The notes: a model not told the origin generated them from the letters alone. A stretch of 64,000 nt of DNA from Magnetococcales bacterium (GCA_015232405.1 JADFZS010000002.1:11448-75447), one strand, 5' to 3'. Numbered from the stretch's first letter, positions 18,163 through 28,807 are shown. Numbers and translations are program-made.

Positions 18163-19977
18163 ATGTCTCTGCAACATATACGAAATTTTTCAATTATCGC
18201 CCATATCGATCACGGCAAGAGTACTCTTGCCGATCGTTTGATCGAATTTACCGGAGCCCTTGAGTCCAGAGAGATGTCTGAACAACTTCTCGATAGTATG
18301 GATATTGAGAGGGAACGGGGCATAACAATCAAAGCCCAATCTGTGCGCCTTAACTACAAGGCTCGGGATGGGGAGACCTACCTTCTAAACTTTATCGATA
18401 CGCCGGGCCATGTGGACTTCTCCTACGAAGTTTCACGGTCTCTGGCTGCTTGTGAAGGTGCGCTGTTGGTTGTGGATGCCGCCCAAGGGGTAGAGGCCCA
18501 GACCCTGGCCAATGTCTATCTGGCCCTGGATAATGACTTGGAGATAATCCCGGTATTAAACAAAGTCGACCTACCATCGGCTGAACCAGATCGGGTGCGG
18601 ACCCAGATTGAAGATGTGATCGGTTTAGATGCAAGTGATGCAATTGAGGCTTCGGCAAAATCCGGGATAGGTATTGAAGAGATTCTTGAAGCTGTCATCA
18701 CCCGTATACCACCACCTGTTGGTAAGGTAGACAAACCCTTAAAAGCACTGATAATCGACTCTTGGTATGACAACTATCTGGGTGTTGTTGCACTGGCTCG
18801 GATATATGATGGTCTTATGCGGGTATCTGGTAGTGGTCCAAAAACCAAAAAAATCCGTTTTATGAGCTCCGGGCAAGATTATCCTCTTGATAGAATAGGT
18901 GCTTTTACTCCACAGCTGACCAACACGCAGACATTAAGTGCTGGTGAGGTAGGGTTTGTTATCGCTGGGGTCAAAGAGTTGTCACAGGCCAGGGTAGGGG
19001 ATACAATTACCGAATCTGCTCGCCCTGCCCAGGAGAAACTGGCAGGCTTTAAAGATGTCCAGCCCATGGTATTTGCCGGGCTTTACCCGGTGATCTCGGC
19101 TGAATATGAAAATTTAAAAGAGGCGTTGGAAAAACTTTCCTTAAACGATGCCGCCATCACCTATGATGCTGAGACCTCCCCAGCCTTGGGATTTGGTTAT
19201 CGTTGTGGTTTTTTGGGTATGCTGCACATGGAGATCGTCCAGGAGCGACTAGAGCGAGAGTTTAACCTGGATCTGGTGATAACTGCTCCAACCGTGGTAT
19301 ATCAGGTTACCAAAACCAATGGGGAGAAGATGGATGTCCATAATCCATCAAATCTGCCGCCACAAGTTGAACTGGCAGCCATTGATGAGCCTTTTATTCT
19401 CGTATCAATCATGGTTCCGGCTGAACATATGGGACCCATTATGACCCTCTGTACCGAACGTCGTGGGGTACAGAGGGATATGACCTATATTTCTGAAACC
19501 CGGGTGATGGTAAAATATGAGATACCCATGAGTGAAGTGGTTATGGATTTTTATGATCGTTTAAAATCCATATCCCGTGGTTATGCCTCATTAGACTATG
19601 AAATGCTTGATTATAGACCAGGAAATCTGGTTAAACTTGATCTTTTGATCAATGGTGAGCCTGTTGATGCCCTATCGGTTATTGTTCACAAAGAGAAAGC
19701 CCAGATAAGGGGGCGTGAGCTGGCAAAAAAAATGAAAGATATCATACATCGTCAGATGTTTGAAATTGCTATCCAGGCAGCCATCGGAGCCAAAATTATA
19801 GCCCGAGAGACCATTAGTGCCATGCGTAAAAATGTGACGGCAAAATGTTATGGTGGTGATGTTTCTCGTAAAAGAAAATTGTTGGAAAAGCAAAAAGCTG
19901 GTAAAAAAAGGATGAAACAGGTTGGTAGGGTCGAGATTCCCCAAGAGGCGTTTCTAGCGGTATTAAAGGTAGATTGA
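18163..19977 (+). CDS. lepA: Elongation factor 4
   Basis: 604 aa. Contains [29 protein letters not shown] and NKVDL. The C-terminus is [28 protein letters not shown]. Confidence 0.96.
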   Translation: MSLQHIRNFSIIAHIDHGKSTLADRLIEFTGALESREMSEQLLDSMDIERERGITIKAQSVRLNYKARDGETYLLNFIDTPGHVDFSYEVSRSLAACEGALLVVDAAQGVEAQTLANVYLALDNDLEIIPVLNKVDLPSAEPDRVRTQIEDVIGLDASDAIEASAKSGIGIEEILEAVITRIPPPVGKVDKPLKALIIDSWYDNYLGVVALARIYDGLMRVSGSGPKTKKIRFMSSGQDYPLDRIGAFTPQLTNTQTLSAGEVGFVIAGVKELSQARVGDTITESARPAQEKLAGFKDVQPMVFAGLYPVISAEYENLKEALEKLSLNDAAITYDAETSPALGFGYRCGFLGMLHMEIVQERLEREFNLDLVITAPTVVYQVTKTNGEKMDVHNPSNLPPQVELAAIDEPFILVSIMVPAEHMGPIMTLCTERRGVQRDMTYISETRVMVKYEIPMSEVVMDFYDRLKSISRGYASLDYEMLDYRPGNLVKLDLLINGEPVDALSVIVHKEKAQIRGRELAKKMKDIIHRQMFEIAIQAAIGAKIIARETISAMRKNVTAKCYGGDVSRKRKLLEKQKAGKKRMKQVGRVEIPQEAFLAVLKVD

Positions 19978-19991
19978 GGTAGATATCTAAT

Positions 19992-20942
19992 ATGGATGCA
20001 CAGGTCCAGGTAGATCAAAATATTAACGATAATAACAATAATGATGAAAATTCTGCGGACTCCAACAGTGTTGTGGTATCTAAAAAACACTATTGGTGGG
20101 GTGGACTGTTTTTACTTTTTGGTCTCTATATTTTAGGTTCATATGTCTCCTCTGGTCCCTCAATTGATAATGAAGATGTTGGCAGCTTTGGCCCACCAAT
20201 ATCTCTTGTTCTCATTGGAGTTGGAGGCTATTTTCTCTTTTTTGGCAGGAATTTTTTTGCAAAAGAGAGTGAAACAGTTGAATATTTTGAGGCTATAGCC
20301 ATGGCTGTTGGCATTGCCCTTACAGTGAGGGCTTTTTTTGTCGAACCCTTTAAAATTCCATCTGGTTCCATGATTCCCACCCTCTTGGTGGGTGACTATC
20401 TTTTTGTCAGTAAATCAGCCTACGGCTATCGCCTACCTTTTACCCAAAGCAGGGTATTGATGGGTAGTGGGCCAGAACGTGGCGATGTAGCGGTTTTTGA
20501 ATATCCAAGAGACCCGGACAAAGACTATATCAAACGGATTGTTGGTCTGCCGGGAGACCGTATAGTATACCGCAGTAAAAGATTGTATATAAATGATAAG
20601 CCAGTTGAATATCAGGCAATGGGACCTTATAAATATTTAACTGTGCAAGGTGAAGCGAAGGATGTGGCTCTTTTCACTGAAAAATTGGAAAATGCACACC
20701 ATCCAATTTTGGTGCAATCTTACTCCTTTATGGATGGTTATACTGATCAGATAATTCCTGATGATCACTATTTTGTCATGGGAGATAATCGGGATAACAG
20801 CAACGATAGCCGAGCTTGGGGGTTTGTTCCGGCACATCGGTTGGTTGGTAAAGCACAGCGAATTTTCTGGTCATGGGATCAACACAGTGATGGTCTATTC
20901 GATGGAGTTCGCTGGGATAGGTTCTGGACCCCTGTTGAGTGA
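19992..20942 (+). CDS. lepB: Signal peptidase I with an Asn/Asp-rich N-terminal extension
   Basis: Catalytic boxes IPSGSMIPTLLVGDYLFVSK, DYIKRIVGLPGD and GDNRDNSNDSRAWGFVP. Confidence 0.93.
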   Translation: MDAQVQVDQNINDNNNNDENSADSNSVVVSKKHYWWGGLFLLFGLYILGSYVSSGPSIDNEDVGSFGPPISLVLIGVGGYFLFFGRNFFAKESETVEYFEAIAMAVGIALTVRAFFVEPFKIPSGSMIPTLLVGDYLFVSKSAYGYRLPFTQSRVLMGSGPERGDVAVFEYPRDPDKDYIKRIVGLPGDRIVYRSKRLYINDKPVEYQAMGPYKYLTVQGEAKDVALFTEKLENAHHPILVQSYSFMDGYTDQIIPDDHYFVMGDNRDNSNDSRAWGFVPAHRLVGKAQRIFWSWDQHSDGLFDGVRWDRFWTPVE

Positions 20943-20959
20943 CAGTTTTTATAAAAGTT

Positions 20960-20987
20960 ATACCAGCCAAGGTGAGCTGGTATTTTG
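20960..20987 (+). terminator. Hairpin plus T-run after lepB (terminator or attenuator)
   Basis: ATACCAGC-caaggtga-GCTGGTAT followed by TTTT. Confidence 0.45.
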
Positions 20988-21016
20988 ATGATGCCTTTTG
21001 AGATAAATAGGTAACC

Positions 21017-21388
21017 ATGAATAATCGTCAAGCTGGCGGTTCGCTGATTAAAACGATGCTATTTTTAACCATGCTCTTGGCTATTGTTAGTGTTAGCCTA
21101 CGTGTTGTACCGGGGGTATATAACTATTACATATTAAAAGATCTGGCAGACCGGGTGGTGGGTGAATACGCCCAACTGGATCTCACAGAGGTTAACAGAC
21201 GTGTTGCCTTTGAGCTGCACCGTACCCATCTCGATATTGATGATGAGACATTTGTCATCAACCAGACTGAACATGGATATCGGGTTTTTGTCGACTATCT
21301 AATACCCATGGATTTTATGCTTGGACCCTACGAACTGGTCTGGGAAGGACATGAGTATTTAACTCTTAGTTATGATGCTGAGAGCTGA
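21017..21388 (+). CDS. DUF4845-like small membrane-anchored protein
   Basis: 123 aa with one N-terminal TM (LIKTMLFLTMLLAIVSVSL). It occupies the conserved lepB-rnc slot where DUF4845 proteins are typically found. Confidence 0.6.
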   Translation: MNNRQAGGSLIKTMLFLTMLLAIVSVSLRVVPGVYNYYILKDLADRVVGEYAQLDLTEVNRRVAFELHRTHLDIDDETFVINQTEHGYRVFVDYLIPMDFMLGPYELVWEGHEYLTLSYDAES

Positions 21389-21395
21389 TAAATCA

Positions 21396-22208
21396 ATGAA
21401 TTCTGAAGATAGTTGGTTAAATGATAGTGACGAAAACCAGAAAGAACAACTGTACACAACCATATCTGACGATGTTCTAGATGGTCTCCAAGAGCGCCTT
21501 GGATACACCTTTAAAAACAAAGAGTTGCTTTTTCAGGCTTTGACCCACCGATCCACCCCGGTAAACTCCGACAACCAAAATGGTAACCATGCAATATGGC
21601 ATAACGAACGGTTGGAGTTTTTAGGTGATGCTGTGTTGGAGTTGGTGATATCTGCAAAGCTATATCAACTATACCCAGATGCAGCAGAAGGCGCTCTTTC
21701 CCATTGGCGTTCTTCCCTTGTAAACACTCGCTCTTTAAGTGAACTAGCCACCAAAATAGACATTGGTTCTTGTTTGATGATGGGGCGTGGGGAGGATTTA
21801 AGCGGTGGCAGAAAGAAGGTCTCAATTCTTGGGGACTGTTTTGAAGCAATTTTAGGAGCGCTGTTTTTAGATGGGGGTCTGGCAGTTGTCGAAGATCTTC
21901 TTTTTCGTCTTATCGGCGATAAAATTGAAAAATTGCAAGCAGTTGAGCAGTATAAAGATTATAAATCTCTTCTTCAGGAACAGTTACAAAGCGTGGGTCG
22001 TGCCCTTCCTAGCTATCAGGTAACAGCAGTAGTAGGCCCTCCTCACCAACGGGTATTCGAGGTCTCATGCCTTTTAGAAAATGATTATGTTGCAGGTGTT
22101 GGTTCGGGACATTCAAAACGATTTGCAGAACAGCTGGCTGCAAAAACTGTGGTTGAAAAATTTCCAGACATTGTTGATCCCACCCAGGGAGATAAAACAG
22201 GTGAGTGA
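21396..22208 (+). CDS. rnc: Ribonuclease III
   Basis: Signature ERLEFLGDAVLELV, preceded by LFQALTHRS. A dsRBD lies at the C-terminus. The start could be 21396 (ATG after the upstream stop region) or the tracked 21372. Confidence 0.92.
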   Translation: MNSEDSWLNDSDENQKEQLYTTISDDVLDGLQERLGYTFKNKELLFQALTHRSTPVNSDNQNGNHAIWHNERLEFLGDAVLELVISAKLYQLYPDAAEGALSHWRSSLVNTRSLSELATKIDIGSCLMMGRGEDLSGGRKKVSILGDCFEAILGALFLDGGLAVVEDLLFRLIGDKIEKLQAVEQYKDYKSLLQEQLQSVGRALPSYQVTAVVGPPHQRVFEVSCLLENDYVAGVGSGHSKRFAEQLAAKTVVEKFPDIVDPTQGDKTGE

Positions 22209-22217
22209 GTAAAAATA

Positions 22218-23219
22218 ATGGCAGAATATCCTGTTGATACCTTTAAATCTGGCTACATAGCCATTGCTGGTCGGCCAAATAGTGGTAAATCCACCTTTTT
22301 AAACCGTATACTTGGTAGAAAAGTGGCTATTGTTACCCATAAAGCTCAGACCACCAGATCAAAAATTTTGGGTGTTCACCACTCAACAAACTGTCAGATG
22401 GTATTTCTCGATACTCCTGGTATCCATGACCCTGGTAACTCATATTTAAATGCTGCCATGGTACAAACAGCATTTGATGCCTGTATGGATGTTGATCTTA
22501 TACTCTATTTTGTCGATTTGCCGGGAAGTATAACCGATGAAGATTGGCTAAATATTGCCAAATTACCCCACAAAAATACCCCAATTTTTCTTGTTATCAA
22601 CAAGGTAGATAAAATTGAAAAGCCCAAATTAATGCCGATCTTACGGCAGTTGGGTGAGGGGAGGGATGGTATTGTTTTCAAAGAGTTGATTCCCATATCA
22701 GCCCTTAATGGAGAAAATGTCGACAGGGTGTTGCAACTGATACCTGAATATCTGGAACCTGGACCTAAATATTTTAACGATGATCAAATAACCGACCAGC
22801 CTGAGTCATTTTTAGCAGCAGAGCTTATTAGGGAAAAACTGTTCTCTTTTTTACAGCAAGAGTTACCATATTCTTTAGCTGTCAGGGTGGACTCTTTTAG
22901 CAAACGTGAAACTGAAACCAATGGCAAAAATAGACAGAAAACTGCAAAAAAGCAGGATAAACATATAAAAGAGATTTGGGATATGGGGGCTACTATCTTT
23001 GTTGATAGAGAGTCACAAAAGGGGATCGTTATCGGTAAAGGTGGTAACGTATTAAAACGGGTTGGTACAGCTGTTCGCAAAGAGTTGGAGGAGCAGCTTG
23101 ATATAAAACTGTTTTTAAAAATTTGGGTTAAAGTAAACAAAGATTGGAGCAGCAACTCAACCATGTTGCGCTCTTTTGGTTATCCTGATGGTTTGGATGG
23201 TGACGAAGATAGGGGGTAG
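22218..23219 (+). CDS. era: GTPase Era, with a Lys-rich insertion in the KH domain and an acidic C-terminal tail
   Basis: Contains GRPNSGKSTFLN, DTPGIH and NKVD. The KH motif is ESQKGIVIGKGG. The insertion KRETETNGKNRQKTAKKQDKHIKE spans about nt 22902-22970. Confidence 0.93.
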   Translation: MAEYPVDTFKSGYIAIAGRPNSGKSTFLNRILGRKVAIVTHKAQTTRSKILGVHHSTNCQMVFLDTPGIHDPGNSYLNAAMVQTAFDACMDVDLILYFVDLPGSITDEDWLNIAKLPHKNTPIFLVINKVDKIEKPKLMPILRQLGEGRDGIVFKELIPISALNGENVDRVLQLIPEYLEPGPKYFNDDQITDQPESFLAAELIREKLFSFLQQELPYSLAVRVDSFSKRETETNGKNRQKTAKKQDKHIKEIWDMGATIFVDRESQKGIVIGKGGNVLKRVGTAVRKELEEQLDIKLFLKIWVKVNKDWSSNSTMLRSFGYPDGLDGDEDRG

Positions 23220-23230
23220 ATTAAGAGACG

Positions 23231-24025
23231 GTGCTGATTCAGGACGAAGCTTTGGTTCTCAGAAGAACACCTTTTCAAGAAAGCTCCTTGGTTATCCATT
23301 TTTTAACCAAAAACAACGGTTTATTAAGTGTGATGGCCCGTGGTATTCGCAAAAGTGGTCGTAAAGGAGGAGACCGCCGTGGAGCTTTAGCTGGATTTCA
23401 CACCGTACAGTTGGAGAGCCGCTCTCGCTCTTTGGAAGCCATGGGTACTCTAACAAATGTGGAGATCACTACCCCCAGACGTAATATTCCTACGTCAGCA
23501 GCAGCTTTGGCAGCAGCCCAGGTGTTTTTGGAAGTTGCATACCGTTTTTCCGTAGCAGGTGAATTTCGCCCTGTTTTTATGCAGACCATAGAATCTTGTC
23601 TTGATCTTCTGGATGCCGAAGCAAGCCCTCTTGAGCTTTTAGCGCTCTGCCTTGGTGTGTTGATTCGTGATATAGGTTACGGTTGGCGAACCGATGAGTG
23701 TGCTGGCTGTAGAGGCAAGGAGGAGTTGATCTTTTTTTCCATAAAGCGAGGACAGGTTGTCTGTAAGCCATGTGGAACACCATACATTGAACGGTTGGTA
23801 TCAATTAGCGATAATATTCTCAAAAATATGCAAAGGCTAGCATGGCCCCCACCTTTTGGGGTATTGTGTGTAGCTGAACAGGCACTTCTCTACCGCATTG
23901 CCGTATCTTCTTTGGTAAAAGCAGGTGGAAAAATGTTGATGACTGACCAACCTTTCAGGACGGTAATTGGTCATGATATCTTCACACAGGAGGGTTATAC
24001 CCCTACAGAAATAAGGTTATCTTAA
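23231..24025 (+). CDS. recO: DNA repair protein RecO
   Basis: GTG start. Begins LIQDEALVLRRTPFQESSLVIHFLTKNNGLLSVMARG. A Cys cluster CAGC...CKPC is present. It sits in the conserved era-recO position. Confidence 0.88.
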   Translation: MLIQDEALVLRRTPFQESSLVIHFLTKNNGLLSVMARGIRKSGRKGGDRRGALAGFHTVQLESRSRSLEAMGTLTNVEITTPRRNIPTSAAALAAAQVFLEVAYRFSVAGEFRPVFMQTIESCLDLLDAEASPLELLALCLGVLIRDIGYGWRTDECAGCRGKEELIFFSIKRGQVVCKPCGTPYIERLVSISDNILKNMQRLAWPPPFGVLCVAEQALLYRIAVSSLVKAGGKMLMTDQPFRTVIGHDIFTQEGYTPTEIRLS

Positions 24026-24027
24026 AG

Positions 24028-24201
24028 ATGATAGATAAAGAGTTGTTAGAGATTTTAGTATGCCCACAGTGCAAGGGTAGTTTGGAATACGACTCCCAAG
24101 CCTCTGAGTTGATCTGCCAGGTTGACCGTTTGGCCTTTGCCATACGTGATGATATTCCGGTCATGTTGGTAGATGATGCCAGAGAGATAGAGGCGACATA
24201 A
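24028..24201 (+). CDS. Trm112/YcaR-family small zinc-ribbon protein (UPF0434)
   Basis: A 57-aa ORF absent from the supplied track: MIDKELLEILVCPQCKGSLEYDSQASELICQVDRLAFAIRDDIPVMLVDDAREIEAT. Confidence 0.8.
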   Translation: MIDKELLEILVCPQCKGSLEYDSQASELICQVDRLAFAIRDDIPVMLVDDAREIEAT

Positions 24202-24336
24202 AAGAATTATAGCTAAAAAAGCCTGAACTTTATTTGTCTGTTCCTGTATTTGTCAAATTATGCGCTACAACAATTGCAAGTTTTATCGGCAAATAGAGAG
24301 TTTATAAAGCTGGAGAGAGTTGTATATAATACAAAA

Positions 24337-24371
24337 GGCAGGTGGAAAGTACTTTTCCATCTGCCTTTTTT
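24337..24371. terminator. Bidirectional intrinsic terminator between the Trm112-like gene (+) and the phosphatase gene (-)
   Basis: GGCAGGTGGAAAG-tac-TTTTCCATCTGCC followed by T6. An A-run precedes it, serving the opposite strand. Confidence 0.8.
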
Positions 24372-24385
24372 GATCGACAATAAAT

Positions 24386-25858
24386 TCAGCTCTCAATCTT
24401 TGGCAGATTATTTATTTTTTCAAGCAATTTTTCTGTTGGCATTTTTAAGGGCAGTAATTTTTTTCCAACCCTTGTAAACATACCAATTGCAAATTGACGA
24501 CCACTGAATACAATATGGTGGTTCTCAATTTTTGCCACATTCATCCATATACATTCGTCAGGGCTTAAAGGATTGTGGGCAACAAGAAACAGGGTCTCAT
24601 TGGATACCCCTAAAGTCTTTCTGAATCTTCTTACATCACCACGTATATATCCTGCCGGATAGTTTGGTCGTTGAAGTCTGTTCCAGAGCAACTCCTTGAC
24701 CAGACCTGGATATTGATGGGTATTGATTAATAGCTCTCTTGTAGCTTTAGCTTTGGGTGGTGCTGCATGGCAGGCGATAAAATCTTTGGAAATTGCAATA
24801 AAAGGTAGGGAGTCGTAAAAAATATCCATCTGCTCTTTGTACGCCTTGCCCCTGGTTTTTAAAATAGCCTTTTCCCAGAGAGTGCCCTGGGATATTCCCG
24901 ATTTACGTACATCTGGTGAAAAACTATCATGGTTGCCACGAATATAAAAAAACTGTTTGGGAAATTTGAGCTTTAGTTTGCAAATAAGATCCATCATTAG
25001 AATTGATGAATCAAATTTATCCATCTCACCATCAATTTCTGAATGCACCGCATCACCAAGAACGATCATATAGGCTTCATAATCTTTCATGGCATCTAAA
25101 AATGAGTTTTCACTCAATATTTTTATCAGATTATCAACCTGACCATGAAGATCACCCACAATGATAGGTGTCATGTTTTCCGGTAACTCTAAAAGACCAC
25201 CGGGCATCCCCCGGCTATCTTTTGGTCGAAAATCTTCATGGTCCAGGAGTTCATTGACCTTTTTTATGGTTGCAAATGCTTGAGTGTGAGAGAGGGCTCT
25301 TATATCTCCACCATAGATATCTCGTAAAGCCCGTAGCTTGTTTAGTTTCCAGTTTTCTACCCGTTTGATCTCACGAGGTTTGCTCAAAGCCGATACAATT
25401 GTACCCCCATCAGTATTGAGATCTTTAAAAATCAACGCATTACCGATATGGGCTATGGTAATATGACGATGGCCAACAAATTGTTTAAAATCAAAGATAT
25501 TATCCTGCTCTTCATTCCCTTTACCAATAACAATTGTATCACCATGGTTTAGTTGCAGAAAGCCGGATATGCGGTTGTAAAATTTTGTTGGATCAAAAAT
25601 TATGAAACAGTGAATAATTATGCTGCCGTCGCCGTCTACAATTGGTTTTGTATTGGGGTAGATATGGAGTTTGTGACCATCTTTACCACCAAGCAGGAGT
25701 TGAATTGGTTGCTGGGTGTTTACAACTCTAATCTCATGACCCCGTAAAACCTTTTCCAGGCTTAACTCAACCTCTTCAACCACCCTGCTAGCTGGGTTGA
25801 TCAGATCTTTTAGCTTTTGGAAAAAAGATGGTTTAGGTTTGGGGGGAGAGTTGATCAT
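24386..25858 (-). CDS. PPP-family metallophosphoesterase (Ser/Thr phosphatase-like) with an N-terminal FHA-like domain
   Basis: Phosphoesterase motifs IVGDLHGQ, VLGDAVH and IRGNHD. The upstream FHA-like block is IVIGKGNEE...GHRHITIAHIGNALIFKDLNTDGGTIV. Confidence 0.7.
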   Translation of the reverse strand: MINSPPKPKPSFFQKLKDLINPASRVVEEVELSLEKVLRGHEIRVVNTQQPIQLLLGGKDGHKLHIYPNTKPIVDGDGSIIIHCFIIFDPTKFYNRISGFLQLNHGDTIVIGKGNEEQDNIFDFKQFVGHRHITIAHIGNALIFKDLNTDGGTIVSALSKPREIKRVENWKLNKLRALRDIYGGDIRALSHTQAFATIKKVNELLDHEDFRPKDSRGMPGGLLELPENMTPIIVGDLHGQVDNLIKILSENSFLDAMKDYEAYMIVLGDAVHSEIDGEMDKFDSSILMMDLICKLKLKFPKQFFYIRGNHDSFSPDVRKSGISQGTLWEKAILKTRGKAYKEQMDIFYDSLPFIAISKDFIACHAAPPKAKATRELLINTHQYPGLVKELLWNRLQRPNYPAGYIRGDVRRFRKTLGVSNETLFLVAHNPLSPDECIWMNVAKIENHHIVFSGRQFAIGMFTRVGKKLLPLKMPTEKLLEKINNLPKIES

Positions 25859-26147
25859 TAAAGCTATTCACTTTTTTTACAATAATTTTTAAGCATACTC
25901 TAAACCTGTTAGTAATAACCAACATAAATAACACTCAATTGCTCATTGTAACATATTTTAATCCTACAACCAACTCAGTAACAACTATTTTATACTTAAA
26001 AAACAGATCAGAACCTGATTTTTTTTTTGGAGTCTTAAATGTGTGTTCATAAGTAGTTAAATGGAGCTGGTTATATTCTGGAAGGGTTTGGGATTAGCTG
26101 ATTACTCAGAGTTGATAGTGGTTACATTTTTTGTAACGCTAAAGTTG

Positions 26148-27251
26148 CTAAATTGAATCCAACTTTTTTTGTAGCCAGGGGGAGATGTCGGGAACAAATA
26201 GCTTAATTGAGAGTGCATAAATAGGTAAATCAGAAGAAAACTGTTGAATTTTTACCGCATCTTTTTCAGTACATATTAGTGCTTGAGCCTTGATAGACCT
26301 GGCTTTTTTTACAAGTTCATTGATGGTGTTGTCAGTAAAAAGGTGGTGATCCTCAAAACTGCTAGTGTAGATAGCTGAAATTGCGAGACTTTCTATGGTT
26401 GTAAAAAATTTTTCCGGTTTAGCTATGCCGCAAAAAGCAAGTACATCAATATTTTTCAAGCCATCAAGGGGTACTGTGGCTGGATGTTTAGCTCCGGTGT
26501 TGGCTAGCTTTTGCCATTTTGTTGGTTGGTGAATGGCAGAACAGCTATTTATGTTAGGTGCAATTTGCCCAAGCAAATCTTCTGTACGCTTTAGTTTAGT
26601 TTGATCATCGGCTCTGGTTATTATCACACCATCACAACGGTTGATAGACTCAGGATATTCTCTTAGCAGTCCTCCTGGAAGTATATGGCCATTGCTAAAC
26701 GGGGCATTGCAGTCCAACAAAACCAGATCAAATTCTCTTTTGACCTGCATATGTTGAAAGGCATCATCCATGATTATAATATTGCAGCCATATTGCTCTG
26801 TAGCCACTGCGATTGTTTTGCTCCTGTTGGGACCGGTAATTACGGTTACCCCTGGTAATTGTTGGGCAATTAACACTGCCTCATCTGCTGCTTGAGGGGT
26901 GGTAGTAACAATTTTTTGTGCAGTTGCCACAACTGTTACTTCAGCTTTTGATTGCTGTCTATAACCCCGACTAACAACAGCAACCTTGCGGCCTTGGCTT
27001 TGATAGTATTGGGCTAACCAGATTACCGTAGGGGTTTTTCCTGTACCTCCCGCGGTTATGTTGCCTACGCTTATAACCGGACAGGGTGCTTTGTATGATG
27101 CTAAAAATCCTTTTTGATATAGTGTGGCTCGTATACTCTGTATAGCTCCATATAGGCTTCCAACTGTTTGCAGACCCCAAATTACAGCTTTTTCATAGAA
27201 ACCCCGTGCAGGTCTTTCTCCTGCCAATACAGGGAGTAGGGGAGTGGTCAT
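26148..27251 (-). CDS. lpxK: Tetraacyldisaccharide 4'-kinase
   Basis: P-loop VISVGNITAGGTGKTPTV, with IIIMDDAFQH. It overlaps waaA by 4 nt. Confidence 0.9.
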   Translation of the reverse strand: MTTPLLPVLAGERPARGFYEKAVIWGLQTVGSLYGAIQSIRATLYQKGFLASYKAPCPVISVGNITAGGTGKTPTVIWLAQYYQSQGRKVAVVSRGYRQQSKAEVTVVATAQKIVTTTPQAADEAVLIAQQLPGVTVITGPNRSKTIAVATEQYGCNIIIMDDAFQHMQVKREFDLVLLDCNAPFSNGHILPGGLLREYPESINRCDGVIITRADDQTKLKRTEDLLGQIAPNINSCSAIHQPTKWQKLANTGAKHPATVPLDGLKNIDVLAFCGIAKPEKFFTTIESLAISAIYTSSFEDHHLFTDNTINELVKKARSIKAQALICTEKDAVKIQQFSSDLPIYALSIKLFVPDISPWLQKKLDSI

Positions 27252-28546
27252 GGGGAGTCCCTTTTTATGGTTTTAATTATGGCACTCATGGTTCTATCCA
27301 ACGCCCCAGTATTTGCTGCAACAACCATTTGGGCATTATTTCCCATATCTTTACATTTTTGCTCTGATTGCAATAGCTCTGCTACGGCATTATAGAGAGT
27401 GTCGCCATCTTCGATCATCACCCCACCGCCAGCATCCAATATCTGTTGGGATGCCTCTTGAAAATTGTATCTTGATGGTCCAAATACTGGAGGTATAGAC
27501 CATGCTGCTGCTTCCAAAAGGTTCTGCCCACCATGGGGAATTAGAGTACCACCAATGAAGGCAACCTGGGCATAGCCGTATAGTCTGGTCAACCAGCCAA
27601 CCTGATCCACTAGCAAAACAGCTTGGAACCATTCATATTGTTGTTGACTTTTGTGAATATCGGTAATTTTGCTGTAGTCCCAACCGTGGCTTTTGATCAT
27701 ATCGGCAATCTTGTCACCACGTTCTGGATGGCGAGGGACTAAAATCAACTTTATGTTGGGGAGAAGTTTTTGCAGGCGTCCAAAGACAGCCAACACCGTC
27801 TCCTCTTCACCTGGGTGGGTGCTGGCAGCAATCCAAACCGGGCTTTTTGGATGGGGTAGCTTTTTAGCTAATAGCGCCATCTCCTCCTGGCTGGCTGTTT
27901 TAACCGCTTGATCATATTTTAAATTACCGGTATTTATGATTTTTTTGCCATCGCCACCAATTTTTTCCATACGTTGAGCATCAAGAGCCGACTGCATGGC
28001 AAAAAGTTTGACTGGTTGAAGATATTTTTTCATGAAAAAACTAAACCGTGAATAGTTTTTAAATGATCCTGGAGACAGCCGTCCATTTATGGTGATAACA
28101 GGAATACTGTTTTTTTCCATGGCTTTAAATAGATTGGGCCAGAGTTCAGTCTCCATAACGATAAAAAACTCAGGCTCAATTTTTTCCACTACTTTGTTGA
28201 CTATGAATGGTAGATCAACAGGCAGATAAAAGGTGGCAGCAAGACCTTTTAGTTTATCCTTTGCCACCTGTTGACCTGTTTTGGTAACGGTAGACAGAAC
28301 AATATCATGATCGGGAAACTGTAGTGAAAGTTTTTCCACCACTCCTTTTGCACCAAGGGTCTCTCCAACCGAGACAGCATGGAGCCAAATTCTTGGTCTG
28401 CTATTGTTGAATTTTGGTAGGTCAAAACCAAATCGTTGGCTTATGGTTCCTTTATACTTTGCAGTTGAAAAATATTTCCACAATAAAATTGGCATGAGTA
28501 CCAATAGTAGGGTTAGCAAAATCGTACTGTACAAAAAATAGTGCAT
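27248..28546 (-). CDS. waaA: 3-deoxy-D-manno-octulosonic acid (Kdo) transferase
   Basis: 432 aa with an N-terminal TM. Contains IWLHAVSVGE, LVPRHPERG and FIGGTLIPHGGQNLLEAAA. Confidence 0.9.
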   Translation of the reverse strand: MHYFLYSTILLTLLLVLMPILLWKYFSTAKYKGTISQRFGFDLPKFNNSRPRIWLHAVSVGETLGAKGVVEKLSLQFPDHDIVLSTVTKTGQQVAKDKLKGLAATFYLPVDLPFIVNKVVEKIEPEFFIVMETELWPNLFKAMEKNSIPVITINGRLSPGSFKNYSRFSFFMKKYLQPVKLFAMQSALDAQRMEKIGGDGKKIINTGNLKYDQAVKTASQEEMALLAKKLPHPKSPVWIAASTHPGEEETVLAVFGRLQKLLPNIKLILVPRHPERGDKIADMIKSHGWDYSKITDIHKSQQQYEWFQAVLLVDQVGWLTRLYGYAQVAFIGGTLIPHGGQNLLEAAAWSIPPVFGPSRYNFQEASQQILDAGGGVMIEDGDTLYNAVAELLQSEQKCKDMGNNAQMVVAANTGALDRTMSAIIKTIKRDSP

Positions 28547-28807
28547 AAATATCTTGTTAGCGATAATGTGATTATTAAAAGTGCTTTGCTAATAGTGAAC
28601 CACATGAGGGTCTTGCGTCCAGTTTATTGTTGTTAATAGCTTATAAAAAACTAGTTAAAGTTGTGTTAACTTTTTGGGCTGTTTAAGACAATTTTTTTTT
28701 AATTTTCTTTAAACTTTTCGATAAAAAAAAGTGTAATGATCATAGTAGTTAATAGGACCATTTCACTTCCTATAATTTTCAATGTCAATTTCTCAATTTA
28801 TTGGTGC

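Noticed and set aside
24250-24477. Tracked 75-aa plus-strand ORF spanning the terminator and the 3' end of the phosphatase gene
   Set aside because: It runs through a strong bidirectional terminator hairpin and overlaps the end of the minus-strand gene. It has no RBS.
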